A stretch of 64,000 nucleotides of DNA from an uncultured Alphaproteobacteria bacterium (lineage in GTDB: Bacteria > Pseudomonadota > Alphaproteobacteria > RF32 > CAG-239), in assembly GCA_944393225.1 (NCBI GenBank), contig CALXZK010000006.1, positions 10,004-74,003 of the forward strand. The letters run 5' to 3'. The position numbers and the translations under genes were made by a program. Positions 47,090 through 58,008 of this stretch are shown one piece after another (positions within the stretch are counted from its first letter, which is position 1; each line of letters opens with the position of its first letter). The notes under the pieces are model-generated. The model had not been told where the DNA came from. It did no database searches and was given only the letters and a program-made list of their open reading frames with translations.

Positions 47090-47671
47090 CTACTCACGAC
47101 CTTCATCTTCTATCCCGCATCTCCGCAGTCTTTCGATCTGAGCGGCTTTTTCTTTTTCATCTATTCCCTCTTCTGCACTATGAACAATTCTTTGACTAAC
47201 CGGATGCCAATTTTTTTCTTCTTTCAGCATCTGTTTTACCTCAGAATAAGTTTGCTTAAAAGAACGTGTTTCTTCTTGTCTGGCATCACGACCTTCTTCA
47301 ATATGCTCGTTTGCTTTATCTCGTTGCGTTTCAGAAACCTGCAACGGCATAATTAATATGCCGACAACATGATTAAATAACTGTTCTTCAAAGCTAAAAC
47401 GACGATTCAAGCGAATTCTGACTTCTTCTTTATTATCATATCCAAAAACTTTAGATGGAAGCAAAGCCACCAAATCGTCACACCGTTCAAAAACCAACAA
47501 ACCACGAACCAGACACAATACTTTTTCATCAGTGTCCTGACATACAAACTCAATAACATCATTCAGCTTGATTTTCTGATGATCTTCATCAAAAAGTTTG
47601 ACTTCAACACGTTTTGTTCCATTAACAATTTTATCAAAAGAAAAACGCATAAGATACATTGTATGTTTCAT
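47090..47671 (-). CDS. ASCH/PUA-like domain protein with charged C-terminal extension
   Basis: MKHTMYL...FDKIVNGTKRVEVKLFD...IKLNDVIEF. Confidence 0.75.
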   Translation of the reverse strand: MKHTMYLMRFSFDKIVNGTKRVEVKLFDEDHQKIKLNDVIEFVCQDTDEKVLCLVRGLLVFERCDDLVALLPSKVFGYDNKEEVRIRLNRRFSFEEQLFNHVVGILIMPLQVSETQRDKANEHIEEGRDARQEETRSFKQTYSEVKQMLKEEKNWHPVSQRIVHSAEEGIDEKEKAAQIERLRRCGIEDEGRE

Positions 47672-47795
47672 TTTTTTGCTCCGGTTTGAATAAAAATAAA
47701 ATAAACCAGAAAAAAGCAACTTTCAAATATTTAGTGGGTCGACAATTAAAAAATATAATGTTATATGTAAATTGAATCTAGAATAAGAGGAACAT

Positions 47796-48317
47796 ATGAA
47801 AAAGCTTTTAACAACATTTGCCTTGTTTTTTATGACAATCACTTCAACGCCGGCACAAGCAGACTTAGTGCTAGGGGCAGATGTTTACAGAACATTTATT
47901 GACACCAGCCAAGAGTTTGATAGCTATACAGAAAGCGATTATGACACAATTGCCGCTGTTTTGGGTTTTGATTTTAATGGTGTTGGCATTGAAGGCTTTT
48001 ATCAGATGTCAGATGACGTTACCAACAGTCATAACTTCAATAGCAAAACAACAGCCTATGGTGCAGACTTTGTTTTAAGATTACCCACCTCCGAATATTT
48101 GGATTTTGTGACATCAATCGGATATATAAACTATAAGCTGGAAAACCAATTGCGCGATTTGGAAAGCGATGGCTTGCGCATTGGTGTTGGTTTCCAATTC
48201 AACTTCAATAAACATATGGCTATAAGAGCAATGTATCACTACTCTGCTCTAACGGAAGAAGTAGATAACCTCAAAAGCATCAATGAAATCAGCGCCGGTG
48301 TTCGTTTCAGATTCTAA
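47796..48317 (+). CDS. Outer-membrane beta-barrel (porin / OmpA-TM-like) protein
   Basis: Signal peptide ending AQA; alternating beta strands; C-terminal GVRFRF. Confidence 0.85.
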   Translation: MKKLLTTFALFFMTITSTPAQADLVLGADVYRTFIDTSQEFDSYTESDYDTIAAVLGFDFNGVGIEGFYQMSDDVTNSHNFNSKTTAYGADFVLRLPTSEYLDFVTSIGYINYKLENQLRDLESDGLRIGVGFQFNFNKHMAIRAMYHYSALTEEVDNLKSINEISAGVRFRF

Positions 48318-48787
48318 TCAAAAACGGCATAAATTTTTTCCCAGAAATGCTTTTTTTCTTGTTTGAATGCAAAATATTTAAACAGCAAAAAGTTTGCTAA
48401 TGTTATCACAAACAAAATAAGCGCTTGAGAAAGGTATGGATTAAATCCGTTCTTCTCAACAAAAATCCATAAAAAGAAAGAATTGATAACATAGCCAATA
48501 GCCAAAATCATTGTTGATTTGAAATATTCTTTCAAATGATTTCCTTCGGTAGCAAATACCAAAATTTTATAACCGATAAAAGCCGTAAAAGAAGACAAGA
48601 GCCAAGACAAAAGCAAATTAAGCTGATAATTTTGACGATACATCAAAGTCAAAACAAAAAAGACCAGATATTTAAACACTACATTGGTCAAAGCAACCGT
48701 CAAATAGCGCCAACGCTCATCAATATCAAACCAATGATCAATATAAGACTTTTCTTGAACGAACCAAGTTTTTAAATTCTGCAACAT
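48314..48787 (-). CDS. GtrA family protein
   Basis: Four TM segments; RYL..., YKILVF, NFLLFKYFAF. Confidence 0.8.
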   Translation of the reverse strand: MLQNLKTWFVQEKSYIDHWFDIDERWRYLTVALTNVVFKYLVFFVLTLMYRQNYQLNLLLSWLLSSFTAFIGYKILVFATEGNHLKEYFKSTMILAIGYVINSFFLWIFVEKNGFNPYLSQALILFVITLANFLLFKYFAFKQEKKHFWEKIYAVFD

Positions 48788-48890
48788 ATATTTTCTCCGT
48801 AAACATTCAGATAAAAATATAGTTAACTTGTTACAATTTACAAGACATCTTTCCTAAAACGAAACAAACTTATTTTAATGTTCTTAAAAT

Positions 48891-49835
48891 TTACTTTGTA
48901 TAAACAATATATTGCTTACCAAATAATTCTAAAACATATTTCTTTTGAAGAATACTTTTCATTTTATAAAACTTAATAATTCCACCTATCTTAAACTGCA
49001 TTTTTAGCTGATAGATATTTTCATCAAAGACTCGTTTCCATTTTTCTTCCCCTTTTTGCTCAACTATTTTTTTCTCATACAAAATTGTTTTTTTTGTTAC
49101 CGCTTTCATGTATTTTTTATTTTGCGCGGTATTCTGACTATGCCACCGATAAGAAAATAAAATCTCGTTAAGAAAACCATACCTTCCTAACTTGCTCATT
49201 TGTAAATGCATATACCAATCTTCAAGAGGAGCCTCAGAGGTAAATGGAGAAATACTTTTTAATGCCTTTGCCCTGCTTAAATAACCATTGGGAATATAAT
49301 TACCTTTAAGTAAAGAGTGATAAGCCCCAAAATCTTCACAATATTTTTGCAAATGCAAAAACTGAGCAAAAGTTTTATATTGTCCTTGCTCTAAAGGTAA
49401 TACATTTCGGTTTTTATCCCAGCTAACTCTACAGTTTTGATCATCTATAAATTCATTATCACCAACTACTAACACATAGTTAGGATGTTCTTCAAGAAAA
49501 CGAACTTGTTTTTCAATTGCTTGAGGTTTGGATAAATCATCCGATGCTATCGAATAAATATATTTACCCTGAGCTTCTGCGATAATTTTATTTGATGTTA
49601 TGGCACAACCAACATTTGGTTGTGTTTGGGCATAGGTTCGAACAAAACGTTTTTCACATTCTGGCAACAATTTCTGAATTTCATTCCATGTAGAATCTGG
49701 AGAACCATCATCAATTATAATTAATTCTATATTTTTATACGTTTGTGCCATAATTGAGCGAATTGTTTGTTCAACAAAACGCTCATGATTGTAGGCTGGG
49801 ATTAAAACGGAAACTAAAGGATTATTTCCAGGCAT
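48891..49835 (-). CDS. Glycosyltransferase family 2
   Basis: [13 protein letters not shown]...IIIDDGSPD...ASDD...EDW...YRWH. Confidence 0.93.
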   Translation of the reverse strand: MPGNNPLVSVLIPAYNHERFVEQTIRSIMAQTYKNIELIIIDDGSPDSTWNEIQKLLPECEKRFVRTYAQTQPNVGCAITSNKIIAEAQGKYIYSIASDDLSKPQAIEKQVRFLEEHPNYVLVVGDNEFIDDQNCRVSWDKNRNVLPLEQGQYKTFAQFLHLQKYCEDFGAYHSLLKGNYIPNGYLSRAKALKSISPFTSEAPLEDWYMHLQMSKLGRYGFLNEILFSYRWHSQNTAQNKKYMKAVTKKTILYEKKIVEQKGEEKWKRVFDENIYQLKMQFKIGGIIKFYKMKSILQKKYVLELFGKQYIVYTK

Positions 49836-50910
49836 TTATAACCTCAACAACTTTTTGAACTTCCGTATTTGTCATAACAGGAGACATTGGAAGAGAAATA
49901 ACTGTCTTATGAATTTCTTCTGTAATTGGGAAAGACAAATTATTCCACTCTGCATAAGCTGGTTGTTTGTGCGGAGGTGTTGGATAATGTATTAAAGTTT
50001 GAATTTCATTATTTAATAAATATTGCTGAAACATATCTCTATTTTGTGTACGCACCGCAAAAATATGCCAAACAGCAGCTGCTTCATCATAAGTTTGAGG
50101 CAAAATAACTTTAGGATTTTTAATATTTTCTCGATAATATTTAGCAATTTCTCGACGACGATTATTGTCAGCATCTAAATGAGGAAGTTTAATATCTAAA
50201 ACTGCTGCTTGAATTTCATCAAGACGAGAATTAAGTCCTTTATAAATATGGTGATATTTTCTATCTGAGCCATAATTTCCGAGAGCTTTTATTTTTAAAT
50301 AAATTTCTTCACTATTTGTTGTAACGGCACCGCCATCACCCATACACCCCAAATTTTTTCCGGGATAAAAAGAAAATGCCGCCGCATCAGAAAGATTTCC
50401 GGTCCTTCTTCCTTGATACATAGCCCCGTGAGCTTGAGCTGCATCTTCAAAAACTTTTAGATTATATTTTTTAGCTAAATCCCAAATTTTTTGCATTTGG
50501 ACAGCTTGTCCATATAAATGGACAACCATAATTGCTTTGGTTTTGGGCGTGATCTTTTCTTCAATTAAATCGGGATTGATATTGTATGTATTAATATCAG
50601 GTTCAACCAACACCGGAGTGCAACCATTATCCGTAATTGCAAGAATTGTAGCAATATAAGTATTGGCAGGAACAATGATTTCATCCCCATCACCAAAACC
50701 ATGCGCTTTAATAATCAAGCGCAAAGCATCTAAGCCATTGGCTACGCCAACAGCATATTTCGTTCCGCAATAGGCAGCAAAATTTTTAGCAAAAGAATCA
50801 TTTTCTTCTCCTTGCAAATACCAACCTTTATCTAAGATTTTTTTAATTTTAGAATCGATTTCGTTTCTAAAACGATTATTTACTTTTTCCAAATCTAAAA
50901 ATTTAATCAT
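49822..50910 (-). CDS. fdtB: DegT/DnrJ/EryC1/StrS PLP aminotransferase (FdtB-like)
   Basis: [47 protein letters not shown]. Confidence 0.85.
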   Translation of the reverse strand: MIKFLDLEKVNNRFRNEIDSKIKKILDKGWYLQGEENDSFAKNFAAYCGTKYAVGVANGLDALRLIIKAHGFGDGDEIIVPANTYIATILAITDNGCTPVLVEPDINTYNINPDLIEEKITPKTKAIMVVHLYGQAVQMQKIWDLAKKYNLKVFEDAAQAHGAMYQGRRTGNLSDAAAFSFYPGKNLGCMGDGGAVTTNSEEIYLKIKALGNYGSDRKYHHIYKGLNSRLDEIQAAVLDIKLPHLDADNNRRREIAKYYRENIKNPKVILPQTYDEAAAVWHIFAVRTQNRDMFQQYLLNNEIQTLIHYPTPPHKQPAYAEWNNLSFPITEEIHKTVISLPMSPVMTNTEVQKVVEVINAWK

Positions 50911-50936
50911 TGTATCATGCCCTATATATAATTTAT

Positions 50937-52445
50937 TTATGAAATTCTTTCAGATATTGCATACTTATTTTTGCACTCTTCTTTCACATGGTCATTCGTA
51001 GACTCATAAAAAGAATATCTACCCCACCAGTTTGTTTCAAATACTTTTATACCAAAAAAATAAAAAGAATTTTTAGGACCCTCTTTTTTTATTTTAAAAA
51101 ACGGAATACCCAAAAAATAAAATTTTGTTTTTGTAAAGGTATAACAAAACTTCATAAAAGGAACACCCATAAGATAATATCTTACTTTTCCATTATGATG
51201 CTTAATCTTTAAAAAAGAAATTCCCAAAAATTTATATGTTTGTACCGCCAACCCACATTTATCATTATAGGGTAAAAATTTTAATACCTTTTTCAATTTT
51301 TCATAAGTAAGTGTTGTTTGACAAATTGCCTCTAAAAATTTACTTCCACAATATTCTATAGATCCATATGTTTGAGTATAAAACTTCTGCCCTTCTTCTC
51401 CAATAGCTTTACGTTTTTTGGAATCACATGCATCATCCAACATAGACTTAAATGTTTTTAATTTTTTATACATTCCATCAAACATCTTATTATCATCTAA
51501 AGGCGTACCGCAACAACCACCTTCCATATCGCTTAGCCAAAGGAATTTATCAATAGTAATTGGCGTTGCTGATTGCGGAGCCATAATAACCGGTATAGAT
51601 AATGCTCCGATATTCAATGTTGACGTTCCCATTGCAACGCCAACATCCGCATTTTCTTGTAGATATTTAGTTAAATCATCTGCCGTCAATACTCCGGTAA
51701 AAATAAATTCAATATCTTGGCTATATTTGCTCGCATAATCTTTTATATCTTTTTCCAAAGGACCATTTCCTATTAAATGAAATCTTTTTTTCTTTGATGT
51801 TTTATATGCAGCAAAATTATCAATAATATTGTATATGGCATATTTTTTTGACCCGGCAAACCGCCCTAACCAAACCAAATTAAGTTCGCTATCCGGTGTA
51901 ATCTTTGCATAATATTTTGCTTTCGGGGTATAATAAAATAAAGGCATATAAATCTGTTTGAACTCCTGTTTTAATTGCTGACAAGCTGCTATATAGCAAC
52001 CGACATCAATAAAACTAGCGCCATTATTTTCCTTCAATAATTGTGCAACTGCTTTCTTTGTTTTCTTTTCAAACAAGATATCCCAACCAAAAACAGCCTC
52101 CCATACATCCACTTGGATTCGAATATTTTTTCCTTTAATGGATTTAACACAACCTAAATGATCTGCCCCTGCAAAAATAATAGAATCATCATCTAAAGTC
52201 CAAGAAGCTTGATCGTAGTCTATATAATGAATATCTTCATTTGAAAAAAATTTTTTACAAGTACGAGACAGCATTCCATCTGTAAAATCAATAATTCCTA
52301 TTTTAATATCAGTATACGCCAATAAATATTCTATCATGCGACAAACATATGTTTCACCACCACCAACTAAATAAACTGGAAACATGAAGTAGATACGTTT
52401 AGGTTTGTTCGCATTTTCTATAAAATTTAAATTTGTTTTTTTCAT
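50937..52445 (-). CDS. GT-B fold glycosyltransferase-like protein with C-terminal aromatic/basic repeats
   Basis: GGGE N-terminal motif, WLGRF, IGNGPL, FTG, MGTSTL; C-terminal repeats Y/F-x-x-G-I/V-x-F-x-K. Confidence 0.7.
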   Translation of the reverse strand: MKKTNLNFIENANKPKRIYFMFPVYLVGGGETYVCRMIEYLLAYTDIKIGIIDFTDGMLSRTCKKFFSNEDIHYIDYDQASWTLDDDSIIFAGADHLGCVKSIKGKNIRIQVDVWEAVFGWDILFEKKTKKAVAQLLKENNGASFIDVGCYIAACQQLKQEFKQIYMPLFYYTPKAKYYAKITPDSELNLVWLGRFAGSKKYAIYNIIDNFAAYKTSKKKRFHLIGNGPLEKDIKDYASKYSQDIEFIFTGVLTADDLTKYLQENADVGVAMGTSTLNIGALSIPVIMAPQSATPITIDKFLWLSDMEGGCCGTPLDDNKMFDGMYKKLKTFKSMLDDACDSKKRKAIGEEGQKFYTQTYGSIEYCGSKFLEAICQTTLTYEKLKKVLKFLPYNDKCGLAVQTYKFLGISFLKIKHHNGKVRYYLMGVPFMKFCYTFTKTKFYFLGIPFFKIKKEGPKNSFYFFGIKVFETNWWGRYSFYESTNDHVKEECKNKYAISERIS

Positions 52446-53633
52446 TCAACTAATCCTTATAACTCTAGACATTTCTCTAATCAAATCATAACCATCCCAA
52501 ATCAAAGAAAAATCCATAGATTTTCCCAAAGGAACAGCTCTATCAACCCCTTGAGGACGATAATTTTTCATAAAATGATTTATCTCTGCAGCAGAAATTC
52601 CATAATAAGTCATCGTCTGACATTTTACGGAACACAAAGGAAGAATATCTGCCAGTTCTTTTGCCTCATACTCAAAAAAGAAACCGCTATTATATTTATA
52701 TTCCATCAAATCTTCATCGAGCGAAGATAAAGAAATTCGCATAATCAAATTATCTTGCTTAGGATACAAACAAACATCTTTTTCAGAAGCAACTTTATAA
52801 AATGCCGCTAACTTTCCAACAGCTTGCACTGCTGACAAATTATATTTTTCATCAGCCAACTGATGGACTGCCTCCCAAAAATATTCTTGCGCCTCTTTCA
52901 CCTTTTTTCCGAGCCACACCAAAACTCGCGGAGACGTGCAAGCATTTTGATCAGAAAAGAACGTATCATTATAAAAATTTTGAGCTAGTTGCTTGATATT
53001 TTCTGTTTTTAAAACTGCATCAGCATCCAAAACGGCAAAAGAATATCTATCTGCAAAAGTAATTTCATTAGCTCTGGGAGGAAGAACGGACTCTCTGATA
53101 TGGCTAATAGTTTCATCTCCACCCCAAATAACTCTTGTCATACAAATTGATGAAAAATAATCCGTAATTTCTTTGGTTGATTTGTACCGCACCATAACCA
53201 CAAAAGGCTTCATTTCCGGCATTTTTTCTAAAGCAGCATTCACGGCGCGACAAATAATATCTACTTGCTCAAAATCTTTGGCTGGTAAACGAATAATATT
53301 TTTATTTCCGGCCAACAAGCCTGCCGCAAAACTAAATGCAAAATTAACCGGAACATTGGATGGCGTGCTGTGAAAAGCAATTCCTTTTCCTAAACGCAAT
53401 TCATCATGAACATAATTTTCTTTTTCTTTAAGTAATGCGGCTTTTCGACACCAAAAAGCAAAAGTCACTACATCAGAAAAAGCTTTTCCTGTTTTCAACA
53501 ATGTTGATGAAATCAAATTTAAAAACTCGATTGCCGATTCGGAAAATATAGGCAAGGAAGGTGCTTTTTGCATATCTTCCAAAGATTGATAATTACCGAC
53601 GGCAAAAAACAAATCATTAAAACTTTGCGGCAT
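52446..53633 (-). CDS. LuxC-like acyl-CoA/acyl-protein reductase
   Basis: GIAFHSTPSNVPVNF, VIWGGDET, FADRYS, DQNACTSP (catalytic Cys), GVDR; alternative start 53663. Confidence 0.85.
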   Translation of the reverse strand: MPQSFNDLFFAVGNYQSLEDMQKAPSLPIFSESAIEFLNLISSTLLKTGKAFSDVVTFAFWCRKAALLKEKENYVHDELRLGKGIAFHSTPSNVPVNFAFSFAAGLLAGNKNIIRLPAKDFEQVDIICRAVNAALEKMPEMKPFVVMVRYKSTKEITDYFSSICMTRVIWGGDETISHIRESVLPPRANEITFADRYSFAVLDADAVLKTENIKQLAQNFYNDTFFSDQNACTSPRVLVWLGKKVKEAQEYFWEAVHQLADEKYNLSAVQAVGKLAAFYKVASEKDVCLYPKQDNLIMRISLSSLDEDLMEYKYNSGFFFEYEAKELADILPLCSVKCQTMTYYGISAAEINHFMKNYRPQGVDRAVPLGKSMDFSLIWDGYDLIREMSRVIRIS

Positions 53634-54699
53634 AGGTATCACTACATCCTCTAATTTCTGCATTTTTCAATCTTCCTAATATTTTAAAATATTTACCTTT
53701 TCTTCCACAAGGGCAATCATCCTCACCTAAAACGACACCTTCATCTTCTGTTAAAAGAGAATGTCCAGGGTATGATTCGGGCAACAAAGAAACCACTTGT
53801 ACAATTCCTTTTTCTCCAAACGAAGCCACCGAAAAATCTTTAGGATTTCTAATGATTATATCTGAGAAATTTGATGCGTGTAGATGCCCATGTTCACATT
53901 GCATATAAATACACCCCGTTTGCTCGACCATTCCATAATAATCATGAATATCGGACAAACCACAAACGTCAGTTAACCTTTTTTGAAATTCTGCCGGAGA
54001 AACTGCCTCAGAAATTAACTTTTTCCATCCACCGCCGTGAATGAGTATTCCTTGAGACAAATCTATTTTTCTATCTGATTTTAAAAGTTCTTTATAAAAA
54101 TGTTGCCAAATCATAAAGGTAAAGCCGAACAAAAGAATCTTTTGCCCTTGATGACGAGCAAGAAACGCTTCTATGGCATCAAAATCAATTTCCATTTCAT
54201 CATTCAAAGCATAGGTTCTGTCAGCACCAAAGATTGAAAAACCTAAAATTCCGGCACCTCTTGCTGAAAACATCAACCGATTTTTAACAACCGAAGGACT
54301 ATCAATAATCAGCATCGGTAATCTTGATGCTCCGGTAAAAGCTGAAACAATTTTAACTAAAGTTTTTTGCTGTTTTGCTGCTGTTTCTTTATCAAGAAAA
54401 ATTTTAGAAACAGCTTGTCCTGTTGTCCCTGAAGAGGTCATAGTCTTAAAAACTTCGGCATCGGAAATGCTTTTTAAGGTCAAACTTTTAAATAAGCTCA
54501 CGGGTAAAAATGGCAAATCTTCATAGGAATACACATTTTCACGCTTATAATTGAGACCTTTCAACATATTGTCATAAGCTTGACAATGTTGTTGGTGAAA
54601 CTCTGTTAAATTTTTTAGCTCCTCAGTCAGAAGCTTAGACTTCTGCGTTTTATCTAAACAATACGGATCAAGTTCTAACAGCTCAGCAAACTTTGTCAT
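53617..54699 (-). CDS. LuxE-like acyl-protein synthetase
   Basis: LPFLPVSLFK, TSSGTTG, FGFTF, GGGWKK, YYGMVEQ, SYPGHSLLTED, CPCGRKG, E-RGC. Confidence 0.88.
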   Translation of the reverse strand: MTKFAELLELDPYCLDKTQKSKLLTEELKNLTEFHQQHCQAYDNMLKGLNYKRENVYSYEDLPFLPVSLFKSLTLKSISDAEVFKTMTSSGTTGQAVSKIFLDKETAAKQQKTLVKIVSAFTGASRLPMLIIDSPSVVKNRLMFSARGAGILGFSIFGADRTYALNDEMEIDFDAIEAFLARHQGQKILLFGFTFMIWQHFYKELLKSDRKIDLSQGILIHGGGWKKLISEAVSPAEFQKRLTDVCGLSDIHDYYGMVEQTGCIYMQCEHGHLHASNFSDIIIRNPKDFSVASFGEKGIVQVVSLLPESYPGHSLLTEDEGVVLGEDDCPCGRKGKYFKILGRLKNAEIRGCSDTYAAKF

Positions 54700-56101
54700 A
54701 AAACTTCTCCAATTCTTTATACATGGTTTTACCGACCTCATTTTTAGGAATTTGTTCTAAAAACTGCACATGAAATGCCACTGGATTAAGTTTGGTTTTC
54801 TCAACCAAATATTTCTTAATATCGGAGCACAAATCTGAATTATTTACAAAGACATAAAGAGCATCATCTTTTCCCGAGCAAGCACATTCTACATTGCTGT
54901 ATTTAGATTTAATCAAACGCTCAGTTTCATCCAAACCAACACGATTACCAAAAATCTTCAAAAATCTTTTTTTGCGACCAACGACATAAAAATAGCCATC
55001 TTTATCAAATTTAGCCATATCTCCGGTATAAAGCACACCGTGGCGTTCATCTGGCTTTGCCAAATCTTCTCCGGACAAAGCATATCCTAGAGTAACATTA
55101 TCACCATAATAGACAAGTTCTCCGACAGTTTCGGTATCGGTAATAACCTGATTATTTTCATCATGAAGCTCAAATTTCCCTCCCGGAATGGCAATTCCCA
55201 TAGAGCCGCATTTTTTCAATGACATTTCAGGCGGTAAATAAGCCATGCGAGCTGTTGCTTCGGCCTGACCGTACATAACAACAAACTTTTTGCCCTCTTT
55301 CTCAGCATATTCCGCAAATTTTTGATGCAACTCCGGTAACAACTTTCCTCCGGCTTGAGTCATTGTTCTCAAATCTGGCAATCTGCGTCTGAAAAACATC
55401 AATCTATTTAGCATTTCATAGGTATACGGAACGCCGCCCAAAGATGTGGCATGTTGATCACTCATAAAATTCCAAAAATCTCTTTGCATCAACGTCTTAT
55501 CTGTCAATAGAATGGTTGCCCCAACCATCAAATGCGAATTAATAATAGATAGACCATAAGTATAATTCATCGGCAATGTTGTAATTGGCCTTTCAGATGC
55601 ATCCAAATGCAAATATTCTGCAATAGCTCTTGTATTTGCCTCCAAATTTTTATAACTTTGGCGCACAAATTTTGGAGAACCTGTTGAACCTGAAGTTGTG
55701 AGCAATAAGGCTAATTCGTCATACAAAGGATATTCATGATCATAAGATGTTTTTATCAAAGAATATTCACATTCACTAAAAACAATGCGTCCACCAAACT
55801 CTGAATTTTTATTATTTGGAACCCATAAATAATCTGGTTTATAAGTCAAAATAAAATGTGATAACAACTCCTTGTCAATATGATCATCCAACATCAGAGT
55901 TACATTTTTTCCCTGCACACAAGCCACATATCCAAGCAAAGCCCCTAGACAATTGGAACTCAAGTTAAACACAAGGCTGCGCGAAGGAATATGTTGCAAA
56001 AAATCATCGCAAAGCTTAGATAATTCCGCATATGTTACAGAATTGGAATTTTCTTCTACTATGGCAATATTGTTTTCAAAAGATTTAAAATTCCACATCA
56101 C
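54683..56101 (-). CDS. AMP-binding acyl-CoA/acyl-ACP ligase
   Basis: TTSGSTGSPK, YGQAE, TGD, GRKKR, C-terminal PKNEVGK. Confidence 0.9.
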   Translation of the reverse strand: MMWNFKSFENNIAIVEENSNSVTYAELSKLCDDFLQHIPSRSLVFNLSSNCLGALLGYVACVQGKNVTLMLDDHIDKELLSHFILTYKPDYLWVPNNKNSEFGGRIVFSECEYSLIKTSYDHEYPLYDELALLLTTSGSTGSPKFVRQSYKNLEANTRAIAEYLHLDASERPITTLPMNYTYGLSIINSHLMVGATILLTDKTLMQRDFWNFMSDQHATSLGGVPYTYEMLNRLMFFRRRLPDLRTMTQAGGKLLPELHQKFAEYAEKEGKKFVVMYGQAEATARMAYLPPEMSLKKCGSMGIAIPGGKFELHDENNQVITDTETVGELVYYGDNVTLGYALSGEDLAKPDERHGVLYTGDMAKFDKDGYFYVVGRKKRFLKIFGNRVGLDETERLIKSKYSNVECACSGKDDALYVFVNNSDLCSDIKKYLVEKTKLNPVAFHVQFLEQIPKNEVGKTMYKELEKFYDKVC

Positions 56102-56790
56102 AAAGTACCCTTAAGAATTTTTCCCAATTTTTCTGATTTTCCATGACCAGGAAGAACCAATAAATCAGAACTCAAAGAGTCCAAAATCGGAAGGGAAATG
56201 TTTTTATAATCATGAACATTTCCTCCAGGAAAACGTGTAATTACAGGATAATCTGCAAGCAAACTATCTCCGGTAAAAAGAGCCTCATTATTCATCATGA
56301 TACAACAACTTCCTTGAGAATGTCCTGGAGTATGATAAAAGATAAAATGTTCCCCTTGCCAATCATAGCTAAAATTTTTATCAAAAGAAATATCCGTCTG
56401 GCAAACATATTCTTTAAATGTCTTTAAATATTTTTGCTCTGTATGAGTACCATTCTTTTCATCTTGAATTGCTAAAATAAAAGCAATCATTATCGGGCGA
56501 TTGTTCCTTTTTTCAGCAATAGCTTCTGCACATTTCTGCTGACAGATGAGCTTCAATTGATAGTTTTTTGCTAAAAAAGGCACACCACTTGTATGATCAG
56601 GATGCTCATGCGTTAAGAAAACGGTCACCTCTTTAACATGATTTTGCTCAAGTAGAGATTGCATTTCCAAATTTTCATGAGGATCTATCACCAAAGCTTG
56701 CTCCCCCTTAATCAAAACATACATATTTGAACTGATTTCTGGGGATACAAAACAGCTAAGGAATGGATTATTAGACAAAGGATACTTCAT
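56098..56790 (-). CDS. Metallo-beta-lactamase-fold hydrolase
   Basis: THEHPDH, TPGHS, FTGD, PGHG. Confidence 0.9.
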   Translation of the reverse strand: MKYPLSNNPFLSCFVSPEISSNMYVLIKGEQALVIDPHENLEMQSLLEQNHVKEVTVFLTHEHPDHTSGVPFLAKNYQLKLICQQKCAEAIAEKRNNRPIMIAFILAIQDEKNGTHTEQKYLKTFKEYVCQTDISFDKNFSYDWQGEHFIFYHTPGHSQGSCCIMMNNEALFTGDSLLADYPVITRFPGGNVHDYKNISLPILDSLSSDLLVLPGHGKSEKLGKILKGTL

Positions 56791-56798
56791 GACAATTC

Positions 56799-57035
56799 TT
56801 AAAACTCTATACCATATTTAGATAAAATTTCTTTTCCTTTCTCAAAAGAGCTCAAATCAATAATATCATCTGTTTCCATCATAATATCAAAGGCTTCTTC
56901 TAAAGCCGCAATCAACCCCATGTGCCCAACAGAATCCCATGCAGAAATATCCTGATATTTTAATCTTTTAGCTGTTTCTTCATCAACTTCAAAACATGTT
57001 ACAAATGCATTTGTATATTTTTCTAAATTAGACAT
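56799..57035 (-). CDS. Acyl carrier protein
   Basis: WDSVGHM phosphopantetheine Ser motif; acidic, 78 aa. Confidence 0.9.
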   Translation of the reverse strand: MSNLEKYTNAFVTCFEVDEETAKRLKYQDISAWDSVGHMGLIAALEEAFDIMMETDDIIDLSSFEKGKEILSKYGIEF

Positions 57036-57046
57036 TTTTTTCTCCT

Positions 57047-58006
57047 CTATAAAACTTTTAATATTCTTTCAGCCACTTGCTCAGCAGAAAGACCAACTTG
57101 TTTAACTAAGTAATTGTATTCTCCTGGCTTCACATAATGATCTTCAACACCAATTATTAAATGGCGGCTTTTTTCTTTATATAAAGCAATCTCTTCAGCA
57201 ACAGCGCTTCCCAATCCACCAATTACAGAATGTTCTTCAACTGTAACCAATAATTTAGATTTGCTACATTCTAAAACAGCTTGTTTATCAAGAGGTTTTA
57301 TAGTATGCATATCAACCACTTTTACACTAACACCTTGTTCTTCAAGAATTTTTGCTGCTTTTAGAGAATTATATACCATTGTTCCGGTAGCAATAATAGC
57401 AACATCAGAACCTTCTTTTAAGGTAATAGCCTTACCTATTTCAAAATCATAATCCTCTTTATAAACAATTGGATTGTTCATCCATCCGGATAATCTGATA
57501 TAGGTTGGTCTACTATCTTTAGCTGCTGCAAGCAAAGCTTTAGCTGTTTCAGTACAATCAGCCGGAGACAACACAACCATATTAGGAATTGCTCTTGTTA
57601 AAGCAATATCTTCCATACTCATATGCGTTGCACCATATTGACCAATCGCCAAACCAGCACTAAGTCCAACAATTTTTATACCAAAATTCATATATCCCAT
57701 ATTTATTTTGATTTGATCAAAACATCTTGTTGTCGAAAATGTTGCTTGCGCTGTGACAAAGGGTTTAAATCCTTCTTTTGCCAAACCAGCCGCTATACCG
57801 ACCAAATTTTGTTCCGCAATTCCAACATTGTAATAATGATCTGGATATTGGTCTCTAAAATATTCCAATCCGGCTGGCGAACATTGATCAGCCGCTAAAA
57901 TAACAATTTTATCATCAATTTTTGGAAACTCGAGGGCAATCTGTCCAAAAGTTCTATGAGAACCTAATAATGAATATGTTCTGATATTTTGTCTGTTTAA
58001 TTCCAT
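57047..58006 (-). CDS. Transketolase-like, C-terminal subunit
   Basis: NVGIAEQN, GATH, YIRL, DMHTIKPLD, TVEEHSVIGGLGSAV. Confidence 0.92.
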   Translation of the reverse strand: MELNRQNIRTYSLLGSHRTFGQIALEFPKIDDKIVILAADQCSPAGLEYFRDQYPDHYYNVGIAEQNLVGIAAGLAKEGFKPFVTAQATFSTTRCFDQIKINMGYMNFGIKIVGLSAGLAIGQYGATHMSMEDIALTRAIPNMVVLSPADCTETAKALLAAAKDSRPTYIRLSGWMNNPIVYKEDYDFEIGKAITLKEGSDVAIIATGTMVYNSLKAAKILEEQGVSVKVVDMHTIKPLDKQAVLECSKSKLLVTVEEHSVIGGLGSAVAEEIALYKEKSRHLIIGVEDHYVKPGEYNYLVKQVGLSAEQVAERILKVL

Positions 58007-58008
58007 TA

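Noticed and set aside
46801-47356. Plus-strand ORFs 46801-47199 and 47051-47356
   Set aside because: They overlap tRNA-Ser and the ASCH gene on the opposite strand; the 'WRRDRDSNPR' peptide is a typical tRNA-antisense artefact.
52446-54699. Bioluminescence (lux) operon
   Set aside because: Only luxC-like and luxE-like genes are present; there is no luxA, luxB or luxD, and the context is polysaccharide biosynthesis.
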